DNA of 63,104 nucleotides, filler included, from 7 parts of 7 records of this genome joined end to end with filler, not necessarily neighbours in it, one strand, 5' to 3'. Shown: positions 42,045-52,619, counted from the whole stretch's first letter. Notes: generated by a model not told the origin, from the letters alone. Made by a program: numbers and translations.

Positions 42045-45000
42045 TCAAGCGTTGGCTGCTTTCTTCTCGGCTCGTTCCACCAACCACAAAAGCACGGGGC
42101 TGGCGACGAACACGCTACTGTAGGTACCGACGATGACGCCGATCACCAAAGCAAACGCAAAGGCGTGAATGCCTTCGCCGCCGAAGGCGTACAACAGCAC
42201 GACCACGATCAACGTCGTCAACGATGTCAGCAACGTTCGGCTGAGCGTTTGGTTGATGCTGGTGTTGATCATCTCGCCGGTCAAGCGTGGGGCTTTGCCC
42301 TTCGTTTCACGAATACGGTCAAAGACCACGATCGTGTCGTTGAGCGAGTAACCGATGATTGTCAGCAATGCGGCGACAACCGTCAGCGAGATCTTGAACG
42401 GGTCAATCAGCAAGAAGCCAAGTGCATCGGCGACCCAGTAGCTGATCGCGATCGCACCGAGCGTGATGGCGACGTCGTGAAGCAAGGCGACGACAGCGGC
42501 GAAGCCGTAGATGACGCGTTGGAATCTGAACCAGATGTAACCGATGATGCAAAGCAGCGAAGCGAACAGAGCTCCGAATGCACGGCTGATCATATCGCCA
42601 GCGACGCGAGCACCAACGGCACTGCTGCTGATCCAAACAGGATCGCTGTCGAGTTGTTTTTCCATTTCAGCCATGACCTTGATCGCGTTGTCACCGCCGA
42701 GAGGCAATTGGACACGCCATTTCGGGAACGCCAAGGTCGATCCCGGTGACCAGGCTTCGATGTCTTCACCGAGAGGTTTGACAACAATGCCGTCCTTGTT
42801 GATTGGCACGCCAGCGGATTCGGCAGCGGCCACGATCGAGTCGACCAAGCCTTCTTCGTTTTTGACTGCGACTCCATCGGCACCCTTGATGCCGAGCGAG
42901 ATGTCGGAGGTACTGAAAGCGAGGCCGGGAAATTCACGGGCTTCCATTTTGGGCCCGTCTGATTCCGCAGCGTCTGCTTCGGTTTCCGGAGCTTCTTCGG
43001 CATTGGTTTCTTCAGCAGCTTCTTCGTCGTCTGCTTGAGCCACGACCAGCATCACACCGTTGTCAACCGATTGCCATTGGCTGGTCGAGGTTTCGGATGG
43101 TTCAGCAGGATCGGACGAGCTTGTTTCTTCCGCTTCAGGAGCGGCGTCTTCCGACGTTGCACCTGGCAGGTCTGCGGGGGTGATGTCGACGCTGTAGGTG
43201 ACCAAGCCAACCGATTCGGAGGCAGCGAAGCCTTCTTGGATGACTCGTTTGAGGTCCTCAACTCGTTCAACCGAGGAATCGATTTTGAAGACGGTGCCTT
43301 CTTCGGTTCCTTCCATCGAAACGCCGTTGACCGTGAATTGAACCGAGCTGTTGTCGGAGGCGGCAACGGCTTTGTTCATGATCTCGCGAATTTCATCAGC
43401 CTTGGTCGGTTCGTCGACTCGGAATTGAACCGAGGAACCACCAGCGAAGTCGATGTCCAGGATGCTTTGTCCGCGAGCGAACAAGGCGGCGAGGCCGCAA
43501 ACGACCAAGATGGCCGACAGGGTCAGGGTGACCTTGCCTTTGCTGATGAAGTTGAACTGGCCACCACCGGCGAAAGCCGAGCGAATGCTGTTCACGCCAT
43601 CGGACATTCCAAGCGACAAGAAACCGCGGCGTTCGGCCAAGTCAAAGATCGTTCGTGAAACGTAAATGGCGGTGAACATCGAGTACAGGATGCCCAAGAT
43701 CAACGTGACGGCAAAGCCACGGATTTGGTCGGTACCGATCGCATAAAGAACGATTGCAGTGATCAACGTCGTCAGGTTGGCATCGATGATCGTCGTGGTC
43801 GCTCGAGCGAAACCGTTGCGAATCGCCATGCGAGCCTTCGCGCCTTTGCTCAGTTCTTCTCGGATGCGTTCGAAGATCAAAACGTTCGCGTCGACCGACA
43901 TACCGACCGTCAAAACCAAGCCGGCCAAACCGGGCAGGGTCAACGGTTGGTTGATGAAGACCATCGTGGCCAAGATCATCGCCATGTTCATGATCAATGC
44001 GATGCAGGCGACGACGCCGGCGAATCGGTAGTAGACCAAAATGAAGACGAGCACCAAACCAAGCGAAATTGCGATCGAGTACAGACCTTTTGTCCGGGTG
44101 TCCGCACCCAGGGTCGCACCCACTTCGTTTTCAGCGATGGGTTGCTTGGTAACGGTGGCTGGCAACTGGCCAGCCTTCAGGATTTGAACCAACGAGTCGA
44201 CTTGATCGCGGGTGAAGTTGCCCGTGATGCGACCGTTCTTGTTCATGGGCTCTTGGATCGATGGAGCCGAAAGCAGCTCATCATCGAGCACGATGCCCAA
44301 TTGGCGAGTGCGTGAACCATCGGGAGCGTTGTTGGTTGTCAGGGCGCGGAAACGTCCGGAACCCATGTCGGTCAATGTAAATGCAACTGCAGGGGCTCCC
44401 TTCTCATCGAAGGTGCTGGCGGCGTAAGCAAGGTCTTCACCCAGGATGTCCAGCTTGGGATTGATAACCATCAGGACTTCGATGTTGTCGAAATCTTGAG
44501 TCTGCAACCATCTCGCGACTGAAACGGTTTCATCGCCCACTCGGGCTTCGGCTGGAACGTTCAGGATCGCACCGGTGCGAGGGTTGCGAGCCAGGGCACC
44601 GCTGATTGGAACCATCATCGGGCGGACTCCGTCGGTTTCTTTTTCTTCGAATCCGATGCGAGCCCAGATGCCGTAGAGCGAGTCTTCTGGTGAACCAACC
44701 ATGTCCTTGGTCGCGACGCCGGGCTGAGTCGACTCAGCTTGCTCGATCGCTTCGTTGATCAGCGTTTGGTGGTCAAACTGGTTGGCCAAAATCGCGAAAC
44801 GCAACTGTCCGGCTTCTTCGATCAAACCTTTGATGCGATCGACCGCGTCGGGATCTTTCTCGGGAATGATGATTTCGATCTGTTGTTCGCCATAGGGGCG
44901 AATGACGATTTCTTGCGTGCCCGCGGGGTTGATGCGGCGGGTCAGCGGAGCCACGAGATCTTCACTGGTAATGCGCTGTCCTCCAGCTTCGACACCAGCC

Positions 45001-45335
45001 GCTTGCTTTTCCGGATCCAGTTCGTAAACCAAGATCGTACCGCCTGACAGGTCGATACCGAGGCTGGGGAACTTGTTTGCGAGGGTCACGCCGCTGGCGG
45101 TGATCGCGAGCAAGATGAAACCGAAGCGAGTGCCATAAGTTGGCATCTTCAAGGATTTCGCCAAGAAGTTGCCAACAATGAACGGCAGAATCAGGACGGC
45201 TGCGGCGCAGAGCAGCGTCAAGAACTGTTCGATGCTGATGCCCTTGGAGACTTCGTTGGCAACGGCAGCGTCGGTTTGAGCGAGCCACTGAGCCGAAATC
45301 GATTGGCAAAAATCGGGGAGAGTCGAAAGATCCAT
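42045..45335 (-). CDS. secDF: Protein translocase subunit SecDF (fused)
   Basis: LGIDLSGG, GM.VDANVLIFERIREE, IDFAGG, GYSLNDTIVVFDRIRE; start probably MDLST. Confidence 0.96.
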   Translation of the reverse strand: MDLSTLPDFCQSISAQWLAQTDAAVANEVSKGISIEQFLTLLCAAAVLILPFIVGNFLAKSLKMPTYGTRFGFILLAITASGVTLANKFPSLGIDLSGGTILVYELDPEKQAAGVEAGGQRITSEDLVAPLTRRINPAGTQEIVIRPYGEQQIEIIIPEKDPDAVDRIKGLIEEAGQLRFAILANQFDHQTLINEAIEQAESTQPGVATKDMVGSPEDSLYGIWARIGFEEKETDGVRPMMVPISGALARNPRTGAILNVPAEARVGDETVSVARWLQTQDFDNIEVLMVINPKLDILGEDLAYAASTFDEKGAPAVAFTLTDMGSGRFRALTTNNAPDGSRTRQLGIVLDDELLSAPSIQEPMNKNGRITGNFTRDQVDSLVQILKAGQLPATVTKQPIAENEVGATLGADTRTKGLYSIAISLGLVLVFILVYYRFAGVVACIALIMNMAMILATMVFINQPLTLPGLAGLVLTVGMSVDANVLIFERIREELSKGAKARMAIRNGFARATTTIIDANLTTLITAIVLYAIGTDQIRGFAVTLILGILYSMFTAIYVSRTIFDLAERRGFLSLGMSDGVNSIRSAFAGGGQFNFISKGKVTLTLSAILVVCGLAALFARGQSILDIDFAGGSSVQFRVDEPTKADEIREIMNKAVAASDNSSVQFTVNGVSMEGTEEGTVFKIDSSVERVEDLKRVIQEGFAASESVGLVTYSVDITPADLPGATSEDAAPEAEETSSSDPAEPSETSTSQWQSVDNGVMLVVAQADDEEAAEETNAEEAPETEADAAESDGPKMEAREFPGLAFSTSDISLGIKGADGVAVKNEEGLVDSIVAAAESAGVPINKDGIVVKPLGEDIEAWSPGSTLAFPKWRVQLPLGGDNAIKVMAEMEKQLDSDPVWISSSAVGARVAGDMISRAFGALFASLLCIIGYIWFRFQRVIYGFAAVVALLHDVAITLGAIAISYWVADALGFLLIDPFKISLTVVAALLTIIGYSLNDTIVVFDRIRETKGKAPRLTGEMINTSINQTLSRTLLTSLTTLIVVVLLYAFGGEGIHAFAFALVIGVIVGTYSSVFVASPVLLWLVERAEKKAANA

Positions 45336-45413
45336 CGTGGTTTCTAAGTACGGGTGCGATGTGTCCGCTGCGACCAAAACCAGTCGCTGTGGGAAGGATG
45401 GTTTGGGAAGAGG

Positions 45414-45833
45414 TCAGTCCGACGAATCGTTGTCGGGTTTGTTTTTCGGTTCGCCGACGATTTTGACGATGGCTGACCGATTGACTTTGATGCGTGTCGA
45501 ACCGTTTTCGTCGATCTTCAACGTCACCGTTTCACTGTCTGGTGCTGCTGAAACGATCGTTCCGTGGATGCCGCCGATTGTGACCACGCGATCGTTCTTG
45601 GCCATCGAAGACATCATCTTTGCTTCCTCGGCACGACGTCGTCGTTCCGGGCCGAAGTACGTGACGTAGAAGATCGCTACGACGCCGACAGGCAAAATCA
45701 GAGGGTTTTCGAGAATTCGCTGTAGAATCGACGACTCTCCAGCGGGCGCTGCGTCCTGTGCCAGCAACTGAAAGGCGAGCAAGTTTGCCTGCCGCGGTAG
45801 ATCGGTTAAGAACAGATCGGAAGAGGGCAACAA
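45414..45833 (-). CDS. yajC: Preprotein translocase subunit YajC
   Basis: TM followed by KNDRVVTIGGIHGTI; upstream of secDF. Confidence 0.92.
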   Translation of the reverse strand: MLPSSDLFLTDLPRQANLLAFQLLAQDAAPAGESSILQRILENPLILPVGVVAIFYVTYFGPERRRRAEEAKMMSSMAKNDRVVTIGGIHGTIVSAAPDSETVTLKIDENGSTRIKVNRSAIVKIVGEPKNKPDNDSSD

Positions 45834-45919
45834 GACAGAGGTTCCGGGGATGATGACACTAGCTTGACGCGGCCCCAGCCGTCCTGGCTGGTGGTTGCCT
45901 GCGTCTTTCGCAATGCGGC

Positions 45920-47254
45920 ATGATATGGAAGCAAAAAAATCGCCACAAGCCCAGCCCTAACTTGCCTCGCCATCCTCCTTTGCGTAGCACTGAGAATCCA
46001 TTGGATGTTCCCGCTGAAGAATCGTTCGACGTTGCCTCCGATGGGTGGCCGGCATGGCCGCCAAAACACGCGAAACTGACCATCCAGATCGAAAAATCGG
46101 TCTCAGAAGTCTTAGGCGATGGTCAGTGGGGCACGTATCCCGAGACCACCGCCGCCAAAAGTGAACAAGCCGGCGTCTACGAGCGTTGCCGGAACTCGGT
46201 GAGTCTGGCCGCGGGGGAATGGTCCGCGCCAGACGGAATCACGGCATTCGGGGGCCCCTCCCAAGTCCAGTTGTGTCCGTCAGGATCGTCCGCGATCGAG
46301 TTGGCTCTACGAGCACTGGGAGTTGGACCGGCCGGTACAAAGCGGAGTGAGGCGACTCAGGTGATTTTGTCCGCCTACGATTACCCCGGCAATTTTCGAA
46401 CTGTCGAGTTGCTGGGCGGACGCCCGGTGCTTTGTGACACGCAGCCCACTTCGGGGACGCGGAACGGCCGAACTTCAACGGGAATCTCGCCGTCGCTCGA
46501 GTCGATTGAGCAGATTCAGGCACCGCCGGAGTCGATTTTGTTGGTTTCGCATTTGCACGGTCAGCTTATTCAATCAGAAAAACTCGCCGAGCTGTGCCGG
46601 CATCGCAAATGGTTTTTGGTCGAGGACGCTTGTCAGGCGATGGGTGCGGGACGGATCAAACAAAACGCGGATGGCTCAACGGTTTTCGTGCCGGTCGGTT
46701 CTTTCGCGGATTGGACCACGTACAGCTTTGGCGGCAGCAAGCCTCTGACATGCGGCAACGGTGGCGCATTGGCGACCGAACACGAGGGCAAGTATCAAAA
46801 ATTGAAGGGCATCGTCGATCGCCCGAGCGACACGTTTCCCATGTCGCCACTGCAGTGTGCCGCGTTGTTACCGCAACTGGAATGGTTGGCCCAGTCCAAC
46901 CGAATCCGATGTCACAACGCCCAGCGATTGAGCGAACTGGATTGGGCGTCGGTCGGATGTGCAGCGGTTTGGGACGAGGACCCGAATTTGATACGGGCTC
47001 CGTACAAGTTTCCGGTGCTCGCGAAAAACGCGGAGACCCGAGCGAAGGTGATTCAGCAATTGCGGACAATTCAGCTGCCCTGCGGTGAAGGATTTCGGGC
47101 GATGCATCGAACGAGTGATCGCCGAAGCAGCAAACCGGTTTCGCTTGCCAATGCAGCTAACCTGAGCGAATCGCTGTTGGTCATCGACCATCGAGCCTTG
47201 CTGACGCCGGACGTTGCCGAACGTGTGGCGGGTTGTCTTTTCAAAATGGTGTGA
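45920..47254 (+). CDS. DegT/DnrJ/EryC1/StrS family PLP aminotransferase
   Basis: SGSSAIELAL, VEDACQA.G, SFGGSK (PLP Lys), GNGG. Confidence 0.85.
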   Translation: MIWKQKNRHKPSPNLPRHPPLRSTENPLDVPAEESFDVASDGWPAWPPKHAKLTIQIEKSVSEVLGDGQWGTYPETTAAKSEQAGVYERCRNSVSLAAGEWSAPDGITAFGGPSQVQLCPSGSSAIELALRALGVGPAGTKRSEATQVILSAYDYPGNFRTVELLGGRPVLCDTQPTSGTRNGRTSTGISPSLESIEQIQAPPESILLVSHLHGQLIQSEKLAELCRHRKWFLVEDACQAMGAGRIKQNADGSTVFVPVGSFADWTTYSFGGSKPLTCGNGGALATEHEGKYQKLKGIVDRPSDTFPMSPLQCAALLPQLEWLAQSNRIRCHNAQRLSELDWASVGCAAVWDEDPNLIRAPYKFPVLAKNAETRAKVIQQLRTIQLPCGEGFRAMHRTSDRRSSKPVSLANAANLSESLLVIDHRALLTPDVAERVAGCLFKMV

Positions 47255-47350
47255 GCAAATCCAATCAGGAATGTGGCTCGCGAAGATGTGAGGGTTGAAT
47301 TATCTTCCTCGCCGTTCCTGTCCCAAGTTCCCTTTCGCGGAGATCTCATC

Positions 47351-47629
47351 ATGCAAGTCAACGAATACTTCGACGGCAACGTCACTTCCATCGCCTTCGA
47401 AAATGGCGAAGGCCGTGCGACGTCCGGCGTGATGCTGGTGGGCGACTACGAATTTGGAACCAGCGAAAAAGAGCTGATGAAAATCGTCTCGGGCAAACTG
47501 GAAGCCAAACTTCCCGGCGAACCTGGGTATCGAGCTTACCCAGCCGGATCCGAGTTCCGAATCGATGCCAATCAAAAGTTCCAAGTTCGAGTGATCGAGC
47601 CCACCGCGTACCTCTGCTTTTACAGCTGA
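47351..47629 (+). CDS. ppnP: Pyrimidine/purine nucleoside phosphorylase
   Basis: M.VNEYFDG.V.SI, GVM..G.YEF.T...E.M, AYLC.Y. Confidence 0.92.
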   Translation: MQVNEYFDGNVTSIAFENGEGRATSGVMLVGDYEFGTSEKELMKIVSGKLEAKLPGEPGYRAYPAGSEFRIDANQKFQVRVIEPTAYLCFYS

Positions 47630-48055
47630 GCAAAGCCGTTCTGGCTCGGCGATTCCGGATCTCAGCAGAGATCGAGTCGCCGCGTTCATGCTAGGGAACC
47701 AGCGTGTCGAAACCGCTGCAGCGGGCAGCTCGAAACATCGGTTTGGTTTTGACTCCGGAGTCGATTTCCGGTCTTCCGGATTGTGGAGGCCGTGATCGGT
47801 TTCATTTGGTTGCCCGAATGCGAATCGATCGCATCGCAACTCCATGGACTTCTTGTTGGGTTACAATCAGATTCCCTGTTAGTGAGTGACAACGGGTCTC
47901 AGAGCTTTCTTGTTTCCGGCGAAGGGTGATGCGATCATCCTTGCCCCGGGATCGGGATCTCTAGTTCGACGCCTCCATCGAGTTTCGCGTCGGCTGCCGT
48001 TGTCGTTTCACCCCGCCGGAATCCTCCCACCTGGAACCTTGGTTCTCCCGCTTCC

Positions 48056-51000
48056 ATGAAAAATGATGTCTTGCCGACCACCTCGTGGTCCTGGGTCGCC
48101 GCATTCGCGTGTACCGTTCTCTCTTGGAACATGTTGGCCACCGAGGCCCAGTCCGCCGATGGATCTGAAAAGTCGATCCTGCTGATCGCGGGAAAACCCA
48201 GTCACGGTTATGGGGCTCATGAACACTACGCCGGCTTGAAGGTTCTCGAGCAATCTTTATTGGAAGCGAACCCGAAGCTAAGAACCGAAGTCGTGCGTGG
48301 TTGGCCAAGCGATGCTTCCAAGGTGGAGTCGGCCGACAGCATTGTTCTCTACAGCGACGGGCAAGGCCGACATGTCGCGTTTGATCATCGCGATGAATTG
48401 CGAGCGTTGTTGAAACGCGGCGGAGGCCTGGTTTGTTTGCACTACGCGACCGAAATGTCCCCCGGTGAATCCGGCGATGACATGGTCGAGTTGTTGGGCG
48501 GGCACTTTGAAATTCACTACAGCGTCAATCCGCACTGGATCGCGAAATTTGATTCGTTGCCGGAGCATCCGATCACGCACGGTGTGGATTCGTTCTCGAC
48601 CAATGACGAGTGGTACTTCCACTTGCGTTTTTCGGACAAAGGCAAGCTGACTCCGATCCTGCAGGCGGTTGCTCCCGAGTCAACGATGCGGCGTCCGGAT
48701 AGTGCCCACACCGGCAACCCGCACGCTCGCAAGTCGGTTGCGGCGGGTGAACTGCAGACGGTCGCTTGGGCTTATGAACCCGAGATCGGCGGTCGCAGTT
48801 TTGGATTCACCGGCGGACACCACCATTGGAATTGGTCGCACGTTCCGGTCCGGCGATTGGTGACCAACGCGATTCGCTGGACGGCTGGTGATGATCCGAC
48901 AACCGAGGCCGGTTCGCTACAGCCAATCCCGGCGGAACAGTTGATGGCTGATCAAGACTTCGAACCACCGAAGAAGTTTGATCTGAAAGCGGTTGCGAAA
49001 GAATTCGACATTCCTTTGAACGACGTTCCGTTGAACACAGAGACTAAATCAAAAGACGGATCGAAGAAAAAGCAACCGTCAAAGCAGTCCACTTCGGCGG
49101 TCACGCCCCAACTGCTTCACGTCAGCCCGCTGGTGACAACGGCAACGCCGGACCATCGCGTTTCGATCGAGGTGGACTTGAGCGGAGTTGATGAAGTCGC
49201 CAGACGCAAATTGTTTTTGGTGGTCAGCGAAGGAGGCAACGACTATTCCTGCGATCATGTTGCTTGGTTGGATCCAACGTTGCATGGTGCAAATGGAACG
49301 TCGGACTTGGTTGAACAAGGCTGGGTGACCGCGCGAGCGGGATGGGGCGAAGTTCGCAAGAATGCCAACTGTTCCGGTGGCCCGGTGCAGGTCCAAAATC
49401 AGCCCGCAGGCACGACATCGATTGGGACGCATGCTCCCAGCGTGATCGAATTCGATGTGCCGCCGGGCTTTGACAAATTGACCGTGACCGGGGCGTTGGA
49501 AAGTGGCGGCACGAACCAGCAGAACGGGAACAACACCAGCGTTCGTTTTGCCGTCTATGCCGGAGCCGACCCCAACGATCTGAACGAGGTCGATGCGAAA
49601 GCGGTTGATCAACAGCGTTTGCCCGAACAAGCCGTCGCGGGTTTGGAGGTGGCCGAAGGTTTGGAGGTGACGTTGATGGGAAGCGAGCCGGATTTGTCCA
49701 GCCTGACCAATCTCGACATCGATCATCGCGGTCGCGTTTGGGTTTGCGATGTCATGAACTATCGCCGCAACCAAGGGGCTCGTCCTGAAGGCGATCGGAT
49801 TTTGATTTTGGAAGACACCACGGGCGACGGCAAACTCGATCACATCCACACCTACTACCAAGGCCGCGACATTGATTCGGCAATGGGGATTTGCGTGCTC
49901 GGAAATGAAGTCATCGTTTCCGCCTCGCCAACGATTTGGAAATTCACGGACACCGACGGCGACGATGTTCCAGACTCGAAGGTTGCCTTGTTCACTGAAA
50001 CGGGGCAGCCTCAGCATGATCACTCGGCTCACTCATTCTTGTTCGGTGATGACGGCATGCTTTATTGGAACTTCGGCAACACTGGGATGCAGGTCAAGGA
50101 TGCTAACGGCGAAACGGTCGTTGACATTCATGGTCGAGCCGTCGTCGACGATGGAAAGCCGTTGTTCGGCGGGATGCCATTTCGATGCGACCTGGATGGT
50201 TCAAACTTCGAAGTCCTCGCTCACAACTTTCGCAACAATTGGGAAACCACCGTCGACTCGTTCGGCGCGTTGTGGCAAAGCGACAATGATGATGATGGCA
50301 ACCGTGGGACTCGTATCAACTTTGTGATGGAACAAGGCAACTACGGCTACCGAGACGAACAAACCGGTGCGTCTTGGCGAGCCGATCGAATCAATCTGGA
50401 GGATGAGATTCCGCTGCAACACTGGCACTTGAACGACCCAGGCGTCGTTCCCAATGTTCTGCAAACCGGCGCTGGGTCTCCGAGTGGTATTTGCATGTAC
50501 GAAGGTCGCTTGTTGCCGAAGCGATTTTGGGACGAAGTGATCCACTGCGATCCGGGACCCAACGTTGTAAGGGCCTATCCAATGAAACCGGATGGTGCTG
50601 GGTATTCGGCGACCATCGAACCGTTGGTCACCGGAACGACCGACAATTGGTTTCGTCCCGCGGATGTGTGCGTGGCTCCCGATGGATCGTTGTTCGTGAC
50701 CGATTGGTACGATCCCGGCGTTGGTGGTCACCATCAAAAAGACAGTGATCGCGGACGACTTTTTCGGGTGGCTCCGCCGGGCGTGAAGTACTCAGTGCCG
50801 AAGTTCGATTTGTCGTCGGTCGATGGAGCCATCGCGGCGATGAAAAATCCGAACCGTTCGGTTCGTTATCTTGCGTGGCAAAAGCTGCACGCGATGGGTG
50901 CGGAAGCCGAAGATGCGTTGCTTTCGCTTTACCAAGACGAAAACCCTCGCTTTCGGGCACGGGCGTTGTGGTTGCTCGGCAAGATCGATGGACAAGGTCG

Positions 51001-52564
51001 GAAGTATGTAAAAAAGGCTCTCGGCGATGAAGACGTCAACATTCGTTGCACCGCCATTCGGTTGTGTAAACAACTCGGTCTCTCCGTCGCGAATGTTTGC
51101 GGCGATGCGGCTGGTGATTCTTCCGCTGCGGTCCGGCGTGAGCTGGCGGTCGCATTGCGGTTTGATGAATCCGATGCGATGCCGAACGTTTGGGCAAAGC
51201 TTGCTGAGCAATACGACGGAACGGATCGCTGGATGCTGGAAGCTCTTGGCATCGGAAGTGATTTGCGAGCGGAGGAAAGCTTTGCATCTTGGATGAAGTC
51301 CAACGGAGGCGAATGGAACACGCCTGCGGGTCGAGATTTGGTTTGGCGTCTGCGAACCGACGATGCGGCCGCCAAAATGGTTGAGTTGTTGGCTGGTGGA
51401 ATGTCCGGTGACGAAACCAAACGTTATTTCCGATCGCTGGAGTACCATCCCGATGCCGTTCGTGGATTGGTTCTTCGTCAGTTGTTGCCTGATGAAAACA
51501 ACGGGGAAGAAGTCGATCCGCAGGTTCTGGTTCGCACCGTGAAGCGGATGCCCGATTTCGATCCGGTGAAATTCCCGAAGACGCAATTGGCGATCACGGA
51601 TTACATCCGCAGTCGCGCGGATGAACCGGACTTTGTCGAGCTGGTAGATCAGTTTGAAATTCGCGACATGGATGATCAGCTCATCGCAACGATGCTTCGT
51701 CAGGGAGACGACAATCTGTCGCTATCGGCATTGCGTTTGTTGTTGAAGCGAAAGGACGGATGGAACCGGTTCGTTAGTATTTTGGACAAAGACTCGAAGT
51801 ACGATCATGGCCAACTCGGACGCGTGGTGTCGTTGCTTGGGTCGCTTGGCAACGGACGGGCGATCGGGTTGTTGGCGAAGACCGCAGGCGACGCAGAGAT
51901 GGACTACGGACTGCGTAGTGCTTCCGTGCGTGCCATGGCCAAATCCAACGGTGGTGCGGAAGAATTGTTGAAGATGACGGAAGAGAAGAAGCTGCCCGCT
52001 GACACTCATTTGTTGGCAGGTGGTTTGCTTGGACGCAGTGCCAACGATGAGATAGCCAAACGTGCTAGGAAGTTGTTGCCGCAGCCCGCGGCGGCGGACA
52101 GCAAGCCTCTGCCACCGCTGGACGAGCTGGTGCGTTTGAGTGGCGACTCAAAGAAGGGCATGGCAATCTTTCGTGGCGTCGCAACGTGTGCGAACTGCCA
52201 CATCGTGGATGGATTCGGAAAGCAAGTCGGCCCGGACTTGTCCGAGATCGGTTCGAAGCTTTCGCGTGAAGCGATGTTCACGTCGATTTTGGCACCCAGT
52301 GCCGGCATCAGTCACAACTACGAAAACATGATCGCGCTGACCGAAGATGGCCGCGTGGTCAACGGTGTTCTGGTTTCCGAGACGGATGAGAAGCTCGTTC
52401 TGCGAACGGCGGAAGCGATTGATTTGGAGTTCGATCAGGATGAGATCGTCGACGTTAAAAAGAGCGAGAAGTCGATCATGCCTGAGAACTTGCATCACAC
52501 GACCGACCAACAAGGTTTGGTGGACGTTGTGGAGTATCTGATGGGGCTGAAGAAAAAGTCATGA
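48056..52564 (+). CDS. PVC-type membrane-bound dehydrogenase: ThuA-like, NPCBM, beta-propeller, HEAT and cytochrome c domains
   Basis: SHGYGAHE ThuA-like start, GTHAPS NPCBM motif, D.RGRVWV / HNFRNNWE / DWYD propeller, CANCH heme motif, GPDLS, S.MP. Confidence 0.88.
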   Translation: MKNDVLPTTSWSWVAAFACTVLSWNMLATEAQSADGSEKSILLIAGKPSHGYGAHEHYAGLKVLEQSLLEANPKLRTEVVRGWPSDASKVESADSIVLYSDGQGRHVAFDHRDELRALLKRGGGLVCLHYATEMSPGESGDDMVELLGGHFEIHYSVNPHWIAKFDSLPEHPITHGVDSFSTNDEWYFHLRFSDKGKLTPILQAVAPESTMRRPDSAHTGNPHARKSVAAGELQTVAWAYEPEIGGRSFGFTGGHHHWNWSHVPVRRLVTNAIRWTAGDDPTTEAGSLQPIPAEQLMADQDFEPPKKFDLKAVAKEFDIPLNDVPLNTETKSKDGSKKKQPSKQSTSAVTPQLLHVSPLVTTATPDHRVSIEVDLSGVDEVARRKLFLVVSEGGNDYSCDHVAWLDPTLHGANGTSDLVEQGWVTARAGWGEVRKNANCSGGPVQVQNQPAGTTSIGTHAPSVIEFDVPPGFDKLTVTGALESGGTNQQNGNNTSVRFAVYAGADPNDLNEVDAKAVDQQRLPEQAVAGLEVAEGLEVTLMGSEPDLSSLTNLDIDHRGRVWVCDVMNYRRNQGARPEGDRILILEDTTGDGKLDHIHTYYQGRDIDSAMGICVLGNEVIVSASPTIWKFTDTDGDDVPDSKVALFTETGQPQHDHSAHSFLFGDDGMLYWNFGNTGMQVKDANGETVVDIHGRAVVDDGKPLFGGMPFRCDLDGSNFEVLAHNFRNNWETTVDSFGALWQSDNDDDGNRGTRINFVMEQGNYGYRDEQTGASWRADRINLEDEIPLQHWHLNDPGVVPNVLQTGAGSPSGICMYEGRLLPKRFWDEVIHCDPGPNVVRAYPMKPDGAGYSATIEPLVTGTTDNWFRPADVCVAPDGSLFVTDWYDPGVGGHHQKDSDRGRLFRVAPPGVKYSVPKFDLSSVDGAIAAMKNPNRSVRYLAWQKLHAMGAEAEDALLSLYQDENPRFRARALWLLGKIDGQGRKYVKKALGDEDVNIRCTAIRLCKQLGLSVANVCGDAAGDSSAAVRRELAVALRFDESDAMPNVWAKLAEQYDGTDRWMLEALGIGSDLRAEESFASWMKSNGGEWNTPAGRDLVWRLRTDDAAAKMVELLAGGMSGDETKRYFRSLEYHPDAVRGLVLRQLLPDENNGEEVDPQVLVRTVKRMPDFDPVKFPKTQLAITDYIRSRADEPDFVELVDQFEIRDMDDQLIATMLRQGDDNLSLSALRLLLKRKDGWNRFVSILDKDSKYDHGQLGRVVSLLGSLGNGRAIGLLAKTAGDAEMDYGLRSASVRAMAKSNGGAEELLKMTEEKKLPADTHLLAGGLLGRSANDEIAKRARKLLPQPAAADSKPLPPLDELVRLSGDSKKGMAIFRGVATCANCHIVDGFGKQVGPDLSEIGSKLSREAMFTSILAPSAGISHNYENMIALTEDGRVVNGVLVSETDEKLVLRTAEAIDLEFDQDEIVDVKKSEKSIMPENLHHTTDQQGLVDVVEYLMGLKKKS

Positions 52565-52594
52565 CATGAGTTCTGCCACGTCGACGCCAAACCT

Positions 52595-52619
52595 GTAGCT
52601 CGGTGGTCCCCCACCGAGA
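52595..52619 (+). repeat. GTAG-REP hairpin at the contig end
   Basis: GTAG-CTCGGTGG-TCCC-CCACCGAG. Confidence 0.7.

Noticed and set aside
42900-43200. Acidic low-complexity insert in SecDF as an intein or mobile insertion
   Set aside because: No intein terminal motifs; it looks like a flexible periplasmic linker.
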